Below, piece after piece: positions 27,154 to 32,000 of a stretch of 32,000 nucleotides of DNA (positions are counted from its first letter, which is position 1; each line of letters begins with the position of its first letter). Under the pieces are notes generated by a model, which was not told where the DNA came from, searched no databases, and saw only the letters and a program-made list of their open reading frames with translations. The translations under genes were made by a program, and so were the position numbers. The stretch spans positions 510,001-542,000 of the forward strand of contig NZ_CP047931.1 in the NCBI RefSeq assembly GCF_014280175.1. Direction: 5' to 3'. The stretch comes from Synechococcus sp. A15-28 (GTDB lineage: Bacteria > Cyanobacteriota > Cyanobacteriia > PCC-6307 > Cyanobiaceae).

Positions 27154-28338
27154 TCAGTGGGTTGGTTGGGGGGTGAGCGGAGGTCCGGCTTCGAAGCGTT
27201 CCAACAGCACCTGAACAGGGATCTGGGTGCCGAAGCGGCAAGCGTTGGTCTCGCTGGAGGCGAGGCTGCCGTGTTCCCAGAATTTGTTGCTGCCGTTGCC
27301 GCCACCGCAGAGGCCGAAGTATTTACAGCCGTTGTGGCAGGTCTCCACACCGCGGCTCATGTCCGCGAAGAGGCGCTGGAAGTGATCGGTCTGGGTGGAC
27401 TCCACCAGAGACACGTCCTTCAGGTTTCCCAGGTTGAAGGTGCCGTAGCGATCGCTGGCTACCGAGAGGAGCTCAGGGTCGAAAGTGGAGAAGTTCCCCT
27501 GCCAGTCGACGCTGAGGATGGAGAAGGGGCGGTTCAGTTCGTTCTGGGTCATGCGTTGGTTCCCCTGGATCAGGCTGATCACCTGCTGGAACTCGCGCAG
27601 AACCACGGGGTAGCCGTCCTGTTCGCTGAGGTGCCAGAAAGCCCTCAGAAAATCGCGGTACTTGGCCTCCATGGCTGAGCCCTGCATGGAGGAGCTGGTG
27701 TGAATGCCCTCCTGCTCTTCCACGTTGAAGCCGACATCGTTGATGCCGTGATCGCGGAAGAAGCGGTACATCCGCTCCGGCTGCTCCATGGCATCGGCGG
27801 TGAGCACCGAGATGCAGTGGAAGGGCACATCGTTGCGATGCAGAGCTTCAATCCCCTTCATCGCCAGAGAGTGGGAACCGCGCCCGTTGCGGAAGCAGCG
27901 GTGGGCGTCGTGAATCTCTTCCGGACCATCCACGCTGATGCCCACCACGATGCGGTTGCGGTGGAAGCAATCGCACCAGGCGTCGTTGATCAGCGTGGCG
28001 TTGGTCTGCAGGTGCTGGGTGAACTCCAGCCCTTCGGCACCATGCTCAGCAAGGCTGCGCTGCAGGATCACCGTGGCCTGGTCGTACCAACTTGTGGGCA
28101 AGGTGAGGGGTTCGCCGGCGTGCCACACCAGCGAAAACTCGGGGCCGGCGTAGGGGCTCTCGAGGATGCGCTGCACCAGTAAGGGCAACAGCTCGAGATC
28201 GAAGACCCGTTTTTTCTGCCGATCGGGCAGGTAGCAGTAGGAGCAATCGAGATTGCACAGCGCGATGGACTGCACCACCACAAGGCCGATGGGCCCGAAC
28301 CGGTTGAGGTCGGGCCCAGTTTTCAATGAACTGATCAC
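27154..28338 (-). CDS. grrM: GrrM/OscB-like radical SAM/SPASM peptide maturase
   Basis: CNLDCSYCYLPDRQKK (CxxxCxxC), VWHAGEPLTLP, QTNATLIND and VVGISVDGPEEIHDAHR. C-terminal SPASM cysteines: CHNGCKYFGLCGGG. GTG start at 28338 overlaps the precursor stop (GTGA). Confidence 0.9.
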   Translation of the reverse strand: MISSLKTGPDLNRFGPIGLVVVQSIALCNLDCSYCYLPDRQKKRVFDLELLPLLVQRILESPYAGPEFSLVWHAGEPLTLPTSWYDQATVILQRSLAEHGAEGLEFTQHLQTNATLINDAWCDCFHRNRIVVGISVDGPEEIHDAHRCFRNGRGSHSLAMKGIEALHRNDVPFHCISVLTADAMEQPERMYRFFRDHGINDVGFNVEEQEGIHTSSSMQGSAMEAKYRDFLRAFWHLSEQDGYPVVLREFQQVISLIQGNQRMTQNELNRPFSILSVDWQGNFSTFDPELLSVASDRYGTFNLGNLKDVSLVESTQTDHFQRLFADMSRGVETCHNGCKYFGLCGGGNGSNKFWEHGSLASSETNACRFGTQIPVQVLLERFEAGPPLTPQPTH

Positions 28339-28721
28339 CAGTTGACGAAGCCTCCGCCGCCGTTGCCCCAGGCACCGCCGCCGTTGCGCCAACCACCGTG
28401 GTAACCGCCGTTACCCCAGGTGGGACGGCTGTTGCTCCACTTGTTGCCGCCTTTGCCGTTCTTCCATTTGCCACTCCCGTAGCTGTTGCCGAACTTGTGG
28501 CCGCCGCCATTGCCCCACTTGCTCTTGGCGACTAGCTCACCATCGTTGTCGATCGTCTTCAGCAGGGAGCTCCAGTCGCCGTTACGAACGGAATCGATGC
28601 GGGCCTCGATGCTGTTGGCAAGGGAATCAGGCGCCACGTAGGTGGAACCGGCCTCTGCGCTCTGGCAGAGAACGGCACTGGATGCGATGAGGGCCTGGAA
28701 GGCGATGAGGGAACGGTTCAT
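28335..28721 (-). CDS. grrA: GrrA/OscA-like rSAM-modified RiPP precursor with Gly/Asn/Trp-rich core
   Basis: MNRSLIAFQALIASSAVLCQSAEA signal-like leader, then KWGNGGGHKFGNSYGSGKWKNGKGGNKWSNSRPTWGNGGYHGGWRNGGGAWGNGGGGFVNW. Directly upstream of the rSAM gene. Confidence 0.9.
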   Translation of the reverse strand: MNRSLIAFQALIASSAVLCQSAEAGSTYVAPDSLANSIEARIDSVRNGDWSSLLKTIDNDGELVAKSKWGNGGGHKFGNSYGSGKWKNGKGGNKWSNSRPTWGNGGYHGGWRNGGGAWGNGGGGFVNW

Positions 28722-28767
28722 GGCGAATCAGTTGGCGGTTTGGAGACGTCATGTTTGAAAATCGTGG

Positions 28768-29658
28768 TCAGCTCCCCGGGGTGACCACGGTGGAGATTTC
28801 TGCAGTGATGCTCAGGATGAGCCCATACAGGGAACTGATTCCCGAACGGGTCAGGCCAACGCTGCTGCCAGGGCCGATCCAGCGATCCACCATCTCTCTG
28901 GTGCCAGCGTCACCATCCATGTAGGCCTGCATCATCTGGCCGATGGCGAGATTGGCCTGGGACAGAAGCTTGCCGTTGTTCTGGCTGACGATGCAGCCGA
29001 CGCCTGAACGTCCGTAGGGGCGGAACGGCAACAGGGCTGTTGTTTCGGGGCTGCTGTTGGCAGCCAGCCAGAGTGTTCCTCCTCCAAGGATGGGAACCTC
29101 GCCGCTGTTGTAAGCGCTCAGTGCTTCGGCGGGGGTGTCGAAAGCCTTGAACGTGGCGTCTGGAATCACACTCTCCAAAACCTTGGCTGAGGCACTGTCC
29201 TTAACGACACCAATGGTTTGCTCCTTGAGCGAGTCCGGTGTCCCATCGACGGTGGTGTCGCTGGAGGTCAACAACCGTGTTCCACTTACACCAAAGGGAA
29301 GGCTGTAGCTCAATTGGGTGGAACGGTCCCAGGTGAAGGCGACCCCACAGGCGATGTCCGCTTTACCGGTGATCACTGCGTCGATCCCGTCCTTGACCGT
29401 GGAAGCCACTTGATAGCTGACCTGGCCACGGCCGGATTGCATGCGGATCTGTTCGAGGACATCGACGCCGAATCCCTCGTAGCCGGAGTCGGTTTTGCTG
29501 TAGAGGGGCTTGACTTCCTCGAAGATCACAGCATTCAAGGTGCCAGCAGCAGGTGACTGTTCAGTTGTCTTGGTCGCTTCACGTTCCGCAGATGGTTGGC
29601 CTGAGCACGCTGAGAGCAGAGCTATGGCTGCAAGGGCTAAGGCGGCGCGTAGCTGCAT
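28768..29658 (-). CDS. grrP: GrrP-like extracellular substrate-binding orphan lipoprotein
   Basis: Lipobox LLSAC, then LNAVIFEEVKPLYSKTDSGYEGFGVDVLEQIR...DAVITGKADIACGVAFTWDRSTQLSYSLPFGVSGTRLLTS, an SBP3-like fold adjacent to grrA/grrM. Confidence 0.88.
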   Translation of the reverse strand: MQLRAALALAAIALLSACSGQPSAEREATKTTEQSPAAGTLNAVIFEEVKPLYSKTDSGYEGFGVDVLEQIRMQSGRGQVSYQVASTVKDGIDAVITGKADIACGVAFTWDRSTQLSYSLPFGVSGTRLLTSSDTTVDGTPDSLKEQTIGVVKDSASAKVLESVIPDATFKAFDTPAEALSAYNSGEVPILGGGTLWLAANSSPETTALLPFRPYGRSGVGCIVSQNNGKLLSQANLAIGQMMQAYMDGDAGTREMVDRWIGPGSSVGLTRSGISSLYGLILSITAEISTVVTPGS

Positions 29659-29689
29659 AAAACAATTGCTCCTCCAGTCGTTTAAGTGA

Positions 29690-30886
<1,197 letters not shown>

Positions 30887-30920
30887 AACCCTTGCTACGG
30901 TCGCGCCCAGCCAATCCGGT

Positions 30921-31643
30921 TTGATGGCCGATCTCCAGAACCAGATGAAGCAGGCGGTGGCCGATGCCGCCGTTGAGCAGATCAAGGACGGCATGGTCCT
31001 GGGACTGGGGTCCGGATCCACGGCGGCCCTGATGATCAAGGCTCTCGGGGCGAAGCTGGCCAGTGGTGCGCTGAAAGACATCGTCGGTGTCACCACCTCC
31101 TTTCAGGGTGAGGTCCTCGCCACCGAGCTGAACATCCCTCTTCTCAGCCTCAATGCAGTGGATCGCATCGATCTGGCCATTGATGGCGCCGATGAGGTGG
31201 ACCCTGGTTTTCAGCTGATCAAAGGCGGCGGCGCCTGCCACGTTCAGGAGAAGCTGGTGGCGGCACGCGCCGAGCGGTTTGTGGTGGTGGTGGATTCCAC
31301 CAAATTGGTGGAGCGTCTGAACCTTGGATTTCTGCTGCCCGTGGAAGTGCTGCCCGGGGCCTGGCGTCAGGTTCACCAGCAGCTGTCTGCCCTTGGAGGC
31401 CAAGCCGAGCTGCGCATGGCGCAGCGCAAAGCCGGCCCGGTGGTCACCGATCAGGGCAACCTCGTCCTTGATGTGACGATGAACGGTGGCATCTCCGATC
31501 CCGCGGCTCTGGAATCAACGGTGAACAACATTCCCGGCGTTCTCGAGAACGGCCTGTTTGTTGATCTCGTCGATGAGGTGCTGGTTGGAGAGATCACCGA
31601 TGGCAAGGCTGGCGTCCGCAGCCTCGAGAAGCGGCTCAGCTGA
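30921..31643 (+). CDS. rpiA: Ribose-5-phosphate isomerase A
   Basis: [47 protein letters not shown] and [26 protein letters not shown]. Confidence 0.96.
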   Translation: MMADLQNQMKQAVADAAVEQIKDGMVLGLGSGSTAALMIKALGAKLASGALKDIVGVTTSFQGEVLATELNIPLLSLNAVDRIDLAIDGADEVDPGFQLIKGGGACHVQEKLVAARAERFVVVVDSTKLVERLNLGFLLPVEVLPGAWRQVHQQLSALGGQAELRMAQRKAGPVVTDQGNLVLDVTMNGGISDPAALESTVNNIPGVLENGLFVDLVDEVLVGEITDGKAGVRSLEKRLS

Positions 31644-32000
31644 GCCGCTTGCGAACGGATTCGGCATGGCTGTGAAGTCCTTCGCTTTCAGCCAGTTCAC
31701 ACACCGCTGAGGCCGTGGCCTCTAGGGCCGCGCGGTTGAACTGGATCATCGAGGAGTGGCGCATGAACGTTTCCACGCTGAGGGCACCGCTGAAGCGGGC
31801 TGCGGCACAGGTGGGCAATGTGTGGTTGGGGCCAGCCAGGTAGTCGCCGACCGCCTCCGGTGACCAGGGGCCCAGGAAGATGGCCCCGGCATGTTGGATC
31901 CGATCGGCCAGGGCTTCCGGACGCTCCACCAGCAGCTCCAGGTGCTCGGGGGCAAAGCTGTCACTGAGCTGGGCGCAGGTCTCGAGGTCGTCACAGACCA
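31636..32000 (-). CDS. hisD: Histidinol dehydrogenase, C-terminal part; runs off the right edge
   Basis: The reverse strand reads ...[83 protein letters not shown]. It overlaps the rpiA end by 8 nt convergently. Confidence 0.95.
   Translation of the reverse strand, partial: VCDDLETCAQLSDSFAPEHLELLVERPEALADRIQHAGAIFLGPWSPEAVGDYLAGPNHTLPTCAAARFSGALSVETFMRHSSMIQFNRAALEATASAVCELAESEGLHSHAESVRKRLS

Overview
The window looks like a high-GC picocyanobacterial (marine Synechococcus-like) chromosome segment. The organism is inferred from gene content, not shown. Housekeeping genes dominate: tyrS, pyrF, plsY, glgX, HU, gluQRS, an sdhC-sdhA-sdhB operon, a rimP-nusA-ylxR-infB cluster, htrA/degP-like, rpiA and partial hisD, plus tRNA-Gly(TCC) and tRNA-Thr(CGT). 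Four accessory loci stand out. (1) A translationally coupled two-gene unit (about 16987-19190) pairs a pentameric ligand-gated ion channel-like protein (YPFD loop, GW motif, four C-terminal TMs with an NLP motif before TM3) with a membrane-anchored type-3 periplasmic-binding-protein-like protein. This is the most interesting system in the window. (2) A GRRM-type RiPP locus (about 26678-29658, minus strand) contains a GrrP-like lipoprotein, a Gly/Asn/Trp-rich GrrA/OscA-like precursor with eight aromatic-X-Asn triads, a GrrM/OscB-like radical SAM/SPASM maturase overlapping it by GTGA, and an uncharacterised secreted protein starting 8 nt after the maturase. (3) A Phd/VapC toxin-antitoxin pair. 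(4) An MNT/HEPN pair. All family calls come from reading motifs by eye; no database search was run.
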